From the IMG/VR virus record IMGVR_UViG_3300047558_000077, positions 1 through 64,000 of that record: 64,000 bases of DNA; one strand, 5' to 3'. This stretch comes from a virus. Position numbers and translations under genes: made by a program. Within the stretch, counting starts at the first letter, position 1. Every line of letters begins with the position of its first letter. The notes below the pieces were generated by a model. It was not told the origin of the DNA. It ran no database searches and saw nothing but the letters and a program-made list of their open reading frames with translations. Of this stretch, positions 1-8,888 are shown piece by piece.

Positions 1-1
1 C

Positions 2-421
2 GCACACGACTCTACTAAGATAAGTGCTCCGCCTAGAATTGTTTTCACGTATGATACAGATAGAACAGGATGTCCTCCGACTGCCGCTGCTTTTGCAGCT
101 TGGTGTTCAATTACAGTAACGATAAATAATCCGGCAGCAATATATATTACTGGTAAAAATATTAGAAATTGGAATGGAAGAACTGATTTGTATCTGTATG
201 CTACTGGTCCTAATGGATGGAGCAACACCGTATTAAGAAATAGATTGAATTGGACCAATGGCGCAAATTGGGAAACAACAATGATGAGATATAATGCTTT
301 TCTTTCCACAACAGGAACTTATACGTTTTGGTTAGCCGGTGCTGGTGCAAATGCTTGGGGTTGTCCCGGTGATGGTCCTGCAAGATATGGATATCTTGGG
401 GCCCTTATAATGGAATGCTAA
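2..421 (+). CDS. Cys/Trp-rich putative virion protein, 5'-truncated by the window edge; paralog of 423..839
   Basis: The frame of ORF 188..421 is open back to base 2 (AHDSTKISAPPRIVFTYDTDRTGCPPTAAAFAAWCSITVT...). It aligns by eye to the next ORF. Confidence 0.6.
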   Translation, partial: AHDSTKISAPPRIVFTYDTDRTGCPPTAAAFAAWCSITVTINNPAAIYITGKNIRNWNGRTDLYLYATGPNGWSNTVLRNRLNWTNGANWETTMMRYNAFLSTTGTYTFWLAGAGANAWGCPGDGPARYGYLGALIMEC

Positions 422-422
422 A

Positions 423-839
423 ATGCCTATAAATTTTGCAACAAACGGAAGTATAGGTTTCACTAGACCTCCAAGAGTAGTTACTACAACAGATAGTTTT
501 GCTGGATGTCCTGGAACTAGAGCGGCAGGAACACCTATGTGTTCTACCACTATAACTATGGCGTCCGAAGGATTAGTAATTGTAGAGGGAAGAATTATTC
601 GTATATGTAGTCTTAACTCAGGAAGATGTGACACCGCCTTAGTTGTCAATGGAACTAATGTTAATAGATTTATCGATTGTTGTGATGGTGCGACGAGTGA
701 CTGGGTTCAGCATGTTATATCCTGGATGGGACCGCTATCAGCAGGTACACATACAATTAGTATTCAAGGTACATTCTGTGATAATGTTTTTGGTTGCGGA
801 GATTCCTGGGGCCATTTACAATTTTTAATTTTTGAATAG
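423..839 (+). CDS. Cys-rich putative virion/fibre-associated protein
   Basis: 138 aa, beta-rich, 8 Cys. Shares PPR-x-GCP-x-C and GTxT...GC...G.L..LI.E patterns with the upstream ORF. Confidence 0.55.
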   Translation: MPINFATNGSIGFTRPPRVVTTTDSFAGCPGTRAAGTPMCSTTITMASEGLVIVEGRIIRICSLNSGRCDTALVVNGTNVNRFIDCCDGATSDWVQHVISWMGPLSAGTHTISIQGTFCDNVFGCGDSWGHLQFLIFE

Positions 840-848
840 GAGATAATC

Positions 849-1271
849 ATGATAGAGTTTAGTTCATATGAAGATGTTATTAGTTTTTGGAACGCTCCGA
901 ACAGTAAGATCAAGTGTGTGATCTTTTATAAGAAAGATTGTCCAACTTGTGACGATTTTATTCCGCACGTATTAGAGCCTACCCTTTTAACTAAATCAGA
1001 TCATTTTGATGTTAGAAAAATATGTGTAGACACTGGAAACATACCTTTTCCTCCAGCAAACACACCCACTGTTTATTTTCATATACCAAACACAGAAGAA
1101 CCTATGCCGCTAATAAGAACCAGTGGGGCAACACCAGAAATACTTAATAATGATCTAGATGCTATGATTGACATCAAGGACAACGGAAAAACTATTACAC
1201 AAGCATTTTTCGAGAACAAGGCACCCGTTCTATCTGGATGGTCACAACAAATGCTTAGTTTGTTCAGATGA
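849..1271 (+). CDS. Thioredoxin-fold protein
   Basis: VIFYKKDCPTC (CxxC after a beta strand) plus a cis-Pro-like TPT motif. SD AGGAG upstream. Confidence 0.7.
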   Translation: MIEFSSYEDVISFWNAPNSKIKCVIFYKKDCPTCDDFIPHVLEPTLLTKSDHFDVRKICVDTGNIPFPPANTPTVYFHIPNTEEPMPLIRTSGATPEILNNDLDAMIDIKDNGKTITQAFFENKAPVLSGWSQQMLSLFR

Positions 1272-1450
1272 AAATAGATAAAAAGTTAGGAAAATATAGA
1301 CAGTCTATATGTAACAGGTGTGAACATAGAAGAAAGATAGTAAATCAATGTAAGTTGTGTGGATGCTTTTTGTTTTTTAAAACCAAGATGTTGTATTCAG
1401 AATGCCCCATAGGAAAGTGGAAAAGTCCTATGAATAATTGGGTGGGATAA
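1268..1450 (+). CDS. Small Cys-rich, probably metal-binding protein (DUF6171-like)
   Basis: R..IC..C...QC..CGC...K.....CP.GKW pattern. ATGA overlap with the thioredoxin gene. Confidence 0.6.
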   Translation: MKIDKKLGKYRQSICNRCEHRRKIVNQCKLCGCFLFFKTKMLYSECPIGKWKSPMNNWVG

Positions 1451-1457
1451 ATAGAAG

Positions 1458-2303
1458 ATGGCACTTAACTTTCCGACATCACCAGTAGATAAGCAGATAT
1501 ACATCAACACTAATACTGGAGCCCAGTATGTGTATGATGCTGCCAATACACGTTGGACAACCAACACGTTTGTCTCTAATGTCGTTAGTGCATTCTATGG
1601 TTCTGTCTATGACTCAGCCAATGCAGCTTATAACGCATCCAATGTGTCATTCAATGCTTCTAATCTAGCGTTCACTCACGCTAACGCTGCTTTTGATACT
1701 GCCAATGCGGCTCTACCAAACGTTAGTAACTCCGTATTCAACGGCAATCTAAGAGTTACAGGTACACTATTAGTTGGTACCAACACAGTAACGATCAAAG
1801 AAGATCATATCATATCTGCCGAATACTTCCGTATGAACACAGCCAATCATATGGTTGTGATTCCTGACGGTAACAGGGTAAACGCACTATTCACATTAGC
1901 TAACTCAGCATATGACTCAGCTAATAGCATTGCTGCCGGCACATTAACCGTAAACAACATCTCACTATCAGGCACTATCAATCCTGGAACAGTGAATGTT
2001 TTATCACAGACATTGACCGATGGTGCAACAATCAACTGGAATGTTGCACTTGGCACAGTAGCCACAGTTACTCTTGGTGGTAATAGAACAATGGCAGCAC
2101 CAACCAATCTTAAAGTCGGAACGCTAATTCTACACATTGTTCAGGATGGAGTTGGCGGTAGATCGATAACTTGGAACTCAGTATTCAAGTGGCCCGCTGG
2201 TGTGGCTCCTACGCTTACTCCTACGGCAAATCGCCGTGATATGATTTCATTTGTTTGCGATGGTACAAATCTTTATGGCGCATATATTCCAGACGTAAGG
2301 TAA
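1458..2303 (+). CDS. Virion structural/tail-fibre-like protein
   Basis: N-terminus MALNFPTSP, ANAAFDTANAA helical repeats, C-terminal fibre-type beta domain (QDGVGGRSITW..KWPAG.APTL). Late promoter TAAATA upstream. Confidence 0.65.
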   Translation: MALNFPTSPVDKQIYINTNTGAQYVYDAANTRWTTNTFVSNVVSAFYGSVYDSANAAYNASNVSFNASNLAFTHANAAFDTANAALPNVSNSVFNGNLRVTGTLLVGTNTVTIKEDHIISAEYFRMNTANHMVVIPDGNRVNALFTLANSAYDSANSIAAGTLTVNNISLSGTINPGTVNVLSQTLTDGATINWNVALGTVATVTLGGNRTMAAPTNLKVGTLILHIVQDGVGGRSITWNSVFKWPAGVAPTLTPTANRRDMISFVCDGTNLYGAYIPDVR

Positions 2304-2307
2304 TCAA

Positions 2308-3057
2308 ATGTCACTCAACAAACCCGCTAACAAAGAAGAACTAAAAGAGTTTTGCCTACGTCAGCTAGGCTATCCTGTTATTCAGATTAACGTTGATGAT
2401 GAACAGGTCAATGACGCTGTAGAACTTGCATTTGAATACTGGAATGAGTTTCATTTCAATGGCACCGAACGCACATATGTTAAACATCAAGTTACCTCTC
2501 AAGACAAAGCAAATCGCTATATCACAGTTAGCGATAGTCTAATTGGTGCAACACGAGTATTCAAAGTTGGTCAGAACAAGATGGCTATGAATATGTTCGA
2601 CCTACGTTATCAGTTGCGTCTAAACGATCTATGGGATCTATCATCAACATCATACGTAAACTATTCATTGACTATGCAGCATCTAGCAACTCTTGATCTA
2701 ATCTTTACTGGTGAGACTCCTATTCGCTTCAATCGTTTGACAGACAAACTTTATATTGATTGGGATTGGGATACTGACGTAGCAGAAGCGGAATGGATTG
2801 TCGTCGAAGGATTCATTATCACCGATCCTAATACATACACACAAGTATGGAATGATCGTATGCTTAAAAAGCTGGCTACCTCATATGTTAAAAAGCAATG
2901 GGGAACTAACATGTCAAAGTTCGATAAAATGCAGCTACCTGGCGGTGTAACGATGCGTGGTGTTGATATCTATAATGAAGCCGTCAATGATATTGAAAAA
3001 ACAGAACAAGAGATACGGAATGTTTATGAAGCGCCGCCCTCGTTCCTCGTTGGCTAG
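2308..3057 (+). CDS. gp13: Neck protein gp13
   Basis: ELKEFCLRQLGYPVIQINVDDEQ...KQWGTNMSKF..MQLPGGVTMRG, typical T4 gp13; synteny with gp14-gp19. Confidence 0.93.
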   Translation: MSLNKPANKEELKEFCLRQLGYPVIQINVDDEQVNDAVELAFEYWNEFHFNGTERTYVKHQVTSQDKANRYITVSDSLIGATRVFKVGQNKMAMNMFDLRYQLRLNDLWDLSSTSYVNYSLTMQHLATLDLIFTGETPIRFNRLTDKLYIDWDWDTDVAEAEWIVVEGFIITDPNTYTQVWNDRMLKKLATSYVKKQWGTNMSKFDKMQLPGGVTMRGVDIYNEAVNDIEKTEQEIRNVYEAPPSFLVG

Positions 3058-3123
3058 ACCCAACCAGAATATGTGGAGGTAGTAAGTTTACTATATAGTT
3101 ATATCAGGTAAAGAGGTTATGAT

Positions 3124-3789
3124 ATGACTGTATTTCACAAACACCACATTATACCAAAACATATGGGCGGAACAGATGATCCATCAAATTTGATAGAATT
3201 GACAGTAGAAGAACATGCCGAGGCTCATAGAAAGTTGTGGGAAGAGCATGGAAATGAATATGATAAGATTGCTTGGTTGAGTTTAACAAATCAGATTGAC
3301 AATGCAGAAGCAAGAATACTCGCTGTTATTGAATGGAATAAGAATAGGATCATATCTGATGAAACAAAAGAAAAAATGTCGGAGAGTTTGAAAAAATATT
3401 ATAGTGATCCGGATAACAGAAAGAAAACGTCAGACGCAACTAAAAATGGTATGAAGTCTTGGTGGGATAACTTATTAGAAGATGAAAGACAAGAGTGGAT
3501 TGAGAAGTGTAAAAAACGTCCTGAAGATTGGGTTCCACCTAAAGGATGGAAACTAAGTGAAGAAACCAAACAAAAGATGAAAGGACCGAGAGAACCATAT
3601 GGTCCACAGTCAAAAGAACACCGTAAAAATGTAAGCAAGGGGCGCAAAGGTAAAGGAACAGGCGAAAGAAACGCAATGTCTAATGAAGAAAATAGAAAGA
3701 AAGTTTCTCAATCTAAGATTGGAAGAAAGCGTGTCTATCAACCTGATGGATCGTTCAAGTATCTATTTCCTAGTGAAATAGGAGGTTAA
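3124..3789 (+). mobile_element. Free-standing HNH homing endonuclease with NUMOD3-like repeats
   Basis: HKHHIIPKHMGGTDDPSNLIELTVEEHAEAH nuclease motif and SEETKQKM-type repeats. Inserted between gp13 and gp14. Confidence 0.85.
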
Positions 3790-3790
3790 C

Positions 3791-4681
3791 ATCGCACTGA
3801 ACCGATATTTTCAAAATTTTCCTGGCAAGAATCGCTTTAACAATGAGCATAGACTCATGGAAGATGTTATTGTCGAATCGATTGAGATCATGGGTCATCA
3901 GGTTTATTACATTCCTAGAGAGTCCTTTGATAATGGTGATATGATCTTTGGTGAGTATAGCAAGTCTAAATTTGAAAAGGCTTATTCGATTGAAGCGTAT
4001 ATAGCCAATGTGGAAGGCTTTGAAGGTGATGGTGACTTCTTTTCCAAGTTTGGTCTAGAGATTAGAGATACATCCAACTTTGTAATCTCACGCCGTGCAT
4101 TTACCCGTGGTCTACCATCAGTGTTGAGAGAAAGACCACAAGAAGGCGACTTGATCTACATTCCTTTGATGCATCGTCTATTTGAAATTAAATTTCTTGA
4201 AAAGAAGCTAATGTTCTATGCTCTTGGAAACAGAGAGCCATACATATACGAAATTCGTTGTGAACTATTCCGCTATAGTCAAGAAGCGATTGATACTGGT
4301 GTTGATGAAATTGATCAGATAGAAGAAGATAACGCATACACAATGAGATTAAATCTCAATACATCCGGTCTTGGTAACTTCAAAGACGGTGAAGTTGTTT
4401 ATCAATCTTCTACAGGAAGATGGTCAGAACAATTGGCACATGCTACGGTCGGAGAATGGTATAAAGCTAACGGAACAATGTTTATCTATGGTATTACAGG
4501 TAGCTTTGCAGCAAACACAACACTTTATGGAAATACTTCACTTGCACAATATACAGTCAACAGTATCGCTGACGAAAAGAATGATTACGTTAAGTTTGAC
4601 ATATTTGATAATGAAGATTTTGACACTGGCGCAGATTTGATCCTTGATCTATCTGAAACAAATCCATTCGGGACACCATAA
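3791..4681 (+). CDS. gp14: Neck protein gp14 (probable non-canonical ATC start at 3791; first ATG at 3857)
   Basis: EGFEGDGDFFSKFGLEIRD, RPQEGDLIYIP and LDLSETNPFG motifs. In-frame extension (M)ALNRYFQNF follows SD GGAGG at 3781-3785. Confidence 0.9.
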   Translation: MALNRYFQNFPGKNRFNNEHRLMEDVIVESIEIMGHQVYYIPRESFDNGDMIFGEYSKSKFEKAYSIEAYIANVEGFEGDGDFFSKFGLEIRDTSNFVISRRAFTRGLPSVLRERPQEGDLIYIPLMHRLFEIKFLEKKLMFYALGNREPYIYEIRCELFRYSQEAIDTGVDEIDQIEEDNAYTMRLNLNTSGLGNFKDGEVVYQSSTGRWSEQLAHATVGEWYKANGTMFIYGITGSFAANTTLYGNTSLAQYTVNSIADEKNDYVKFDIFDNEDFDTGADLILDLSETNPFGTP

Positions 4682-5685
4682 TGCTAGGCAATGCACACTA
4701 CTATCATCAACTAACTCGTAAAGCAGTTGTTCTATTTGGACGGCTATTTGATGATATTAGCATCATTCGTAAAAACGACCAAACAGGGCAAGAAGTTAAC
4801 CGTTTTATCGTGCCTATCATATATTCTCCAAAAGAGAAAATGGTTACACGTTTATTCTCAGATCCTGATCTAACAAGACAGCTTCAAGCTATTCTGCCTA
4901 GAATGTCGTTTGAGATTTCCGGTTTGTCATATGATGCATCTAGAAAGCAGAACAACTTACTTAAATCATCTAAGGCACTTGCCGGAGGATCAACAGCATC
5001 TTCGGCATACATGGGTGCACCATATGATCTAAACTTTCAGTTGAATGTGTATGCTCGTAACATTGATGACGGAACGCATATTGTTGAACAAATACTACCA
5101 TTCTTTAATCCAGACTTTACAGTATCAGCAAGTATGGTTCCTGACTTAGGTTTTATCAAGGACATTCCTGTCATACTCAACAATGTGACAAATAACATTG
5201 AATATGAGGGTAACTATGATTCTGTTCGTTATGTATACTGGACATTAAACTTCACAATGAAATTACACTACTATGGTCCAGTCACAACACCTAAGATCAT
5301 TCGTACCGTTTACGCAAACATTCATAACGATGAAAATCTAAATCCAAGATATATTACTAGACTGTTGGTCGCTAATACATCTGGTCAATACAAAATAGAA
5401 GACACAGTTTTCCAGGGCAATAGTTTAAGAACAGCCAATGCACAAGGAATTGTCTTAAGTTATAGGCCAGATTCAGGTCTATTGACGCTTGGTGCAACTC
5501 AAGGAACATTTGTGGTCAACAATACTATTCACGCAGCATCAACAAATGCCACAAGTAGAATAACTTCATTCTATGAACCACCATCAAAGATGGTTGAGAT
5601 TAGAATTAGACCAGATCCAATTGATGCTGAACCTGGTGATGATTATGGTTATACGACTACAATAACAGAATGGCCTGACGCATAA
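4681..5685 (+). CDS. gp15: Tail sheath stabilizer/terminator gp15
   Basis: FGRLFDDI, VPIIYSPKEK, LPRMSFEI, YDASRK, QILPFFNPDF motifs. Confidence 0.92.
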   Translation: MLGNAHYYHQLTRKAVVLFGRLFDDISIIRKNDQTGQEVNRFIVPIIYSPKEKMVTRLFSDPDLTRQLQAILPRMSFEISGLSYDASRKQNNLLKSSKALAGGSTASSAYMGAPYDLNFQLNVYARNIDDGTHIVEQILPFFNPDFTVSASMVPDLGFIKDIPVILNNVTNNIEYEGNYDSVRYVYWTLNFTMKLHYYGPVTTPKIIRTVYANIHNDENLNPRYITRLLVANTSGQYKIEDTVFQGNSLRTANAQGIVLSYRPDSGLLTLGATQGTFVVNNTIHAASTNATSRITSFYEPPSKMVEIRIRPDPIDAEPGDDYGYTTTITEWPDA

Positions 5686-5713
5686 ATAGAATAAAGAATT
5701 AGGATAGAGGCAA

Positions 5714-6658
5714 ATGTCACAACTTATTATCAATGTGGGCACAGTATCTAATGACGGCACAGGCGATACCATTCGTGGAGCCTTTGTCAACGTCAATACT
5801 AACTTCACAGAAGTCTATAATCACATTGCAAATCTAACAGCAAATGTCGCTAGTATTGATGTAATCCAAAATGTGGTTATTGGAGCAGCTTTTAATACTG
5901 CTAATGCTGCATTTGATTATGCCAACACAGTGAATACACTAACATACAATGTTGGCACAAGTGCAAATCTGTATTCCGTTTCTGTTGGTGTTGCTGGCAA
6001 CTCATTCACAACGACAGTTGGTGCATCATCTAACGCATACACAAATGCGGTAGGAACGGCAGTAAATGCATATGCACAATTCGTAGGAAATTCTGGTAAT
6101 AGCTACGCCACCATACTCTCAACTAACAATTCTGCTAGTGCAAATGCATGGGCTAACACTATTCAGATTACAACTTTAGAATGGGCAAACGCTAAGTTTG
6201 AATCAGTATCTAATGTTGGTGTAGTCTTCACCCACGCTAACAATGCTTTCATCAAAGCAAATAACTCTCTTCAAAATACATCAATCACTATTCAAGGTAA
6301 CGTAACAACACTCGGCGTATTTAGCGACCAATATGCACCTATCAGAGATAAGTTAGCATTCGTAGTCAATTCGAATGTATCGATGATCTATATTACGTCT
6401 CTTGTTCTGGCTAATAATTCTAATAACATCTATATCAATATCGAAGAAGATACCAAGTTTCCATCATATGCTAACGTTGGTACGACAATTGAGGTCTTCC
6501 AGGTCGGCACAGGCACCACAACATTTGTTGCTAATGATGCTGCCGTAACAGTAAATGGTCCCAACAATTGTTTAACGATGGGTAATCAATACACAGTTGC
6601 TAAACTCGTTAAGTTAGCTGCGAATAACTGGTTCGTTACAGGAGATTTGAGGGCATAA
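5714..6658 (+). CDS. Virion structural protein with gp9/gp10-like N-terminus (fibre/baseplate)
   Basis: INVGTVSNDGTGDTIRGAF..VN.NF.EVY N-terminal motif and Asn/Ala repeats. Late promoter at 5684. Confidence 0.7.
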   Translation: MSQLIINVGTVSNDGTGDTIRGAFVNVNTNFTEVYNHIANLTANVASIDVIQNVVIGAAFNTANAAFDYANTVNTLTYNVGTSANLYSVSVGVAGNSFTTTVGASSNAYTNAVGTAVNAYAQFVGNSGNSYATILSTNNSASANAWANTIQITTLEWANAKFESVSNVGVVFTHANNAFIKANNSLQNTSITIQGNVTTLGVFSDQYAPIRDKLAFVVNSNVSMIYITSLVLANNSNNIYINIEEDTKFPSYANVGTTIEVFQVGTGTTTFVANDAAVTVNGPNNCLTMGNQYTVAKLVKLAANNWFVTGDLRA

Positions 6659-6667
6659 GGATATACT

Positions 6668-7138
6668 ATGAACGTTGAAAAAAACTTGTCAGATGCTTTA
6701 GGCATCGAACATACTCCTGCCAATCGTGAGGTAATATCAAATGAAGTTGGCAAAGAGGTTGTTACTTATGAAGTTCCTAAAAATTTGCCAGATGAAGATG
6801 AAGACTATACTCTAGTAAGAGGCACATTGCGTAATCTAATACAAAAGGGAAATGATGCTCTAGATGAAATCGTCCACATCGCTAAACAAAACGAAAGTGC
6901 AAGAGGTTTTGAGGTTGTTTCTACTCTCATCAAAACTATTGGCGAAACGTCGAAAGACCTATACGCACTACAGAAACAGAAAAAAGACCTAAAAGAACCT
7001 GATCCAGCCACAGATCCTCGCAAGAAGAATGCAGAGAGTATTAATGTGGAACAGGCTGTCTTTGTAGGATCTGCCGCCGAGTTGCTGTCAGCCATAAAGA
7101 AGAAAAAAGAAGAAGATGAAAAGGTAATCGATGGCTAG
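6668..7138 (+). CDS. gp16: Terminase small subunit gp16
   Basis: DYTLVRGTL, ESARGFEVV and VFVGSAAELL motifs; directly upstream of gp17. Confidence 0.9.
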   Translation: MNVEKNLSDALGIEHTPANREVISNEVGKEVVTYEVPKNLPDEDEDYTLVRGTLRNLIQKGNDALDEIVHIAKQNESARGFEVVSTLIKTIGETSKDLYALQKQKKDLKEPDPATDPRKKNAESINVEQAVFVGSAAELLSAIKKKKEEDEKVIDG

Positions 7139-8813
7139 AACGCCTTTTAGTTATCAGAATAACCCAAACTTACCTAACGAGCAATACAGACATTCGTTCA
7201 CACAACATGAGTTGGATGAATATCTAAAGTGTGCTGACGATCCTGTTTACTTTGCCAAGAGGTATGTGAAGATCATCAACGTCGACCGTGGTTTGATTCC
7301 GTTTGAGATGTGGGACTTTCAGGAGCGTATGTTACAGACGTTCCATGAAAATCGTTTCTCTATTTGTAAGTTGCCACGTCAGGTAGGTAAGTCAACCACA
7401 TCGGTAGCATATATTCTACACCAAGTTCTATTCAATGAGAACTTTGTGGTTGCTATTCTTGCTAACCGTGCGCCTACTGCCCGTGAGTTGTTACAGAAAC
7501 TAAAACTAGCGTTCGAGTATCTACCTATGTTCCTCAAGCAAGGCATCAAAGAATGGAACAAAGGCTCTATCTATCTTGCTAATGGTTCGAGAGTTCTAGC
7601 AGATTCTACATCTGGTTCATCGGTTCGTGGTTTCTCATTCAACCTAATCTTCTTGGACGAGTTTGCGTTCGTTCCCAATAACATTGCCGAAGAGTTTTTC
7701 AATTCAACCTATCCTACCATTTCATCTGGTCAGAGTTCTAAGGTCGTTATCGTTTCTACACCAAACGGCATGAATCTATTCTATAAGATGTGGCAAAAAG
7801 CAGTAGAAAAAGTCAGCACCTATGTGCCTATTGAAATCCATTGGTCCATGGTACCAGGTAGAGACGAAGCATGGGCTGCCGAGACGATTCGAAACACCAG
7901 TCAGAGACAGTTCGACCAAGAGTTTGGTTGTGAGTTTCTAGGTTCATCTAATACACTAATCAGCGGCGCAAAACTGGCTACGCTCCATTGGAAAGAACCT
8001 ATTCGCAAAATCGAGTGTATGGATATCTTTGAAGAACCTGTACCAAAGCATACTTATGTTCTATGTGCCGACGTATCCGAAGGTCAAGGATTAGACTACT
8101 CGACATTCTCGATATTCGACGTTACAGAAATACCTTATAAACAGGTTGCTAAATATCGTAGCAATGAGATAAGTCCTATGCTTCTACCTGCCGTAATATA
8201 CTCAGCGGCGACACAATACAATGAAGCGTTTGTTCTAATAGAAATCAACTCTATTGGTCTTCAAGTTGCTGATATTTTGCATTTTGAACTAGCCTATGAT
8301 AATCTTTTAAAGTTTCAGATAAAAGGTAAACAAGGTATGCAAGCCTCGGGCGGATTTGCTGCCGGTAAGAATAAACTCGCATTTGGTCTAAAAGTTACCG
8401 CACAGTCCAAAATGATTGGTTGTTCTAACCTAAAAACTCTGGTAGAAAATGACAAACTAATACTAAACGACGAAGACACGATTACAGAGTTGTTCTCGTT
8501 CTCTGCCGATAAGAAAACATTCAAGGCAGAAGAGGGTTCAAATGACGATCTAGCCATGACGCTAGTTCATTTTGGCTGGTTAACAGCACAAAAGTTATTT
8601 AAAGAAACGGTTTCGAATGATATCCGATATACCTTACAGAAAGAGATATCTTATCTGGAAGATGTGAATAATGTACCTTTTGGATTTATCGATAATGGCA
8701 TTGATAGTCCTCATGATAGTGAAGTCGATGTTAATGGTGATCGATGGGTGCGTGAGAGAGAACAGCTATACCCGCTTGATGATCTAAACTACTCGTGGGA
8801 CGGTCGGCTATAG
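7131..8813 (+). CDS. gp17: Terminase large subunit gp17
   Basis: Walker A LPRQVGKST, Walker B IFLDEFAF, STPNG, nuclease ADVSEG...DDLAM. Confidence 0.97.
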   Translation: MARTPFSYQNNPNLPNEQYRHSFTQHELDEYLKCADDPVYFAKRYVKIINVDRGLIPFEMWDFQERMLQTFHENRFSICKLPRQVGKSTTSVAYILHQVLFNENFVVAILANRAPTARELLQKLKLAFEYLPMFLKQGIKEWNKGSIYLANGSRVLADSTSGSSVRGFSFNLIFLDEFAFVPNNIAEEFFNSTYPTISSGQSSKVVIVSTPNGMNLFYKMWQKAVEKVSTYVPIEIHWSMVPGRDEAWAAETIRNTSQRQFDQEFGCEFLGSSNTLISGAKLATLHWKEPIRKIECMDIFEEPVPKHTYVLCADVSEGQGLDYSTFSIFDVTEIPYKQVAKYRSNEISPMLLPAVIYSAATQYNEAFVLIEINSIGLQVADILHFELAYDNLLKFQIKGKQGMQASGGFAAGKNKLAFGLKVTAQSKMIGCSNLKTLVENDKLILNDEDTITELFSFSADKKTFKAEEGSNDDLAMTLVHFGWLTAQKLFKETVSNDIRYTLQKEISYLEDVNNVPFGFIDNGIDSPHDSEVDVNGDRWVREREQLYPLDDLNYSWDGRL

Positions 8814-8888
8814 TTCTGAAAAACACTAAAACGATAAATATTGGTTGAAATGGATTACACACCATTCCAACCTACAAAGGAGTAAAAG

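Noticed and set aside
3058-3790. Possible group I intron around the HNH gene between gp13 and gp14
   Set aside because: gp13 ends normally, gp14 has its own SD, and the flanks (66 nt and 1 nt) are too short for an intron core. It is a free-standing gene.
7131-8813. Intein or intron in terminase or other core genes
   Set aside because: Lengths are normal and no intein splice motifs or interruptions were seen.
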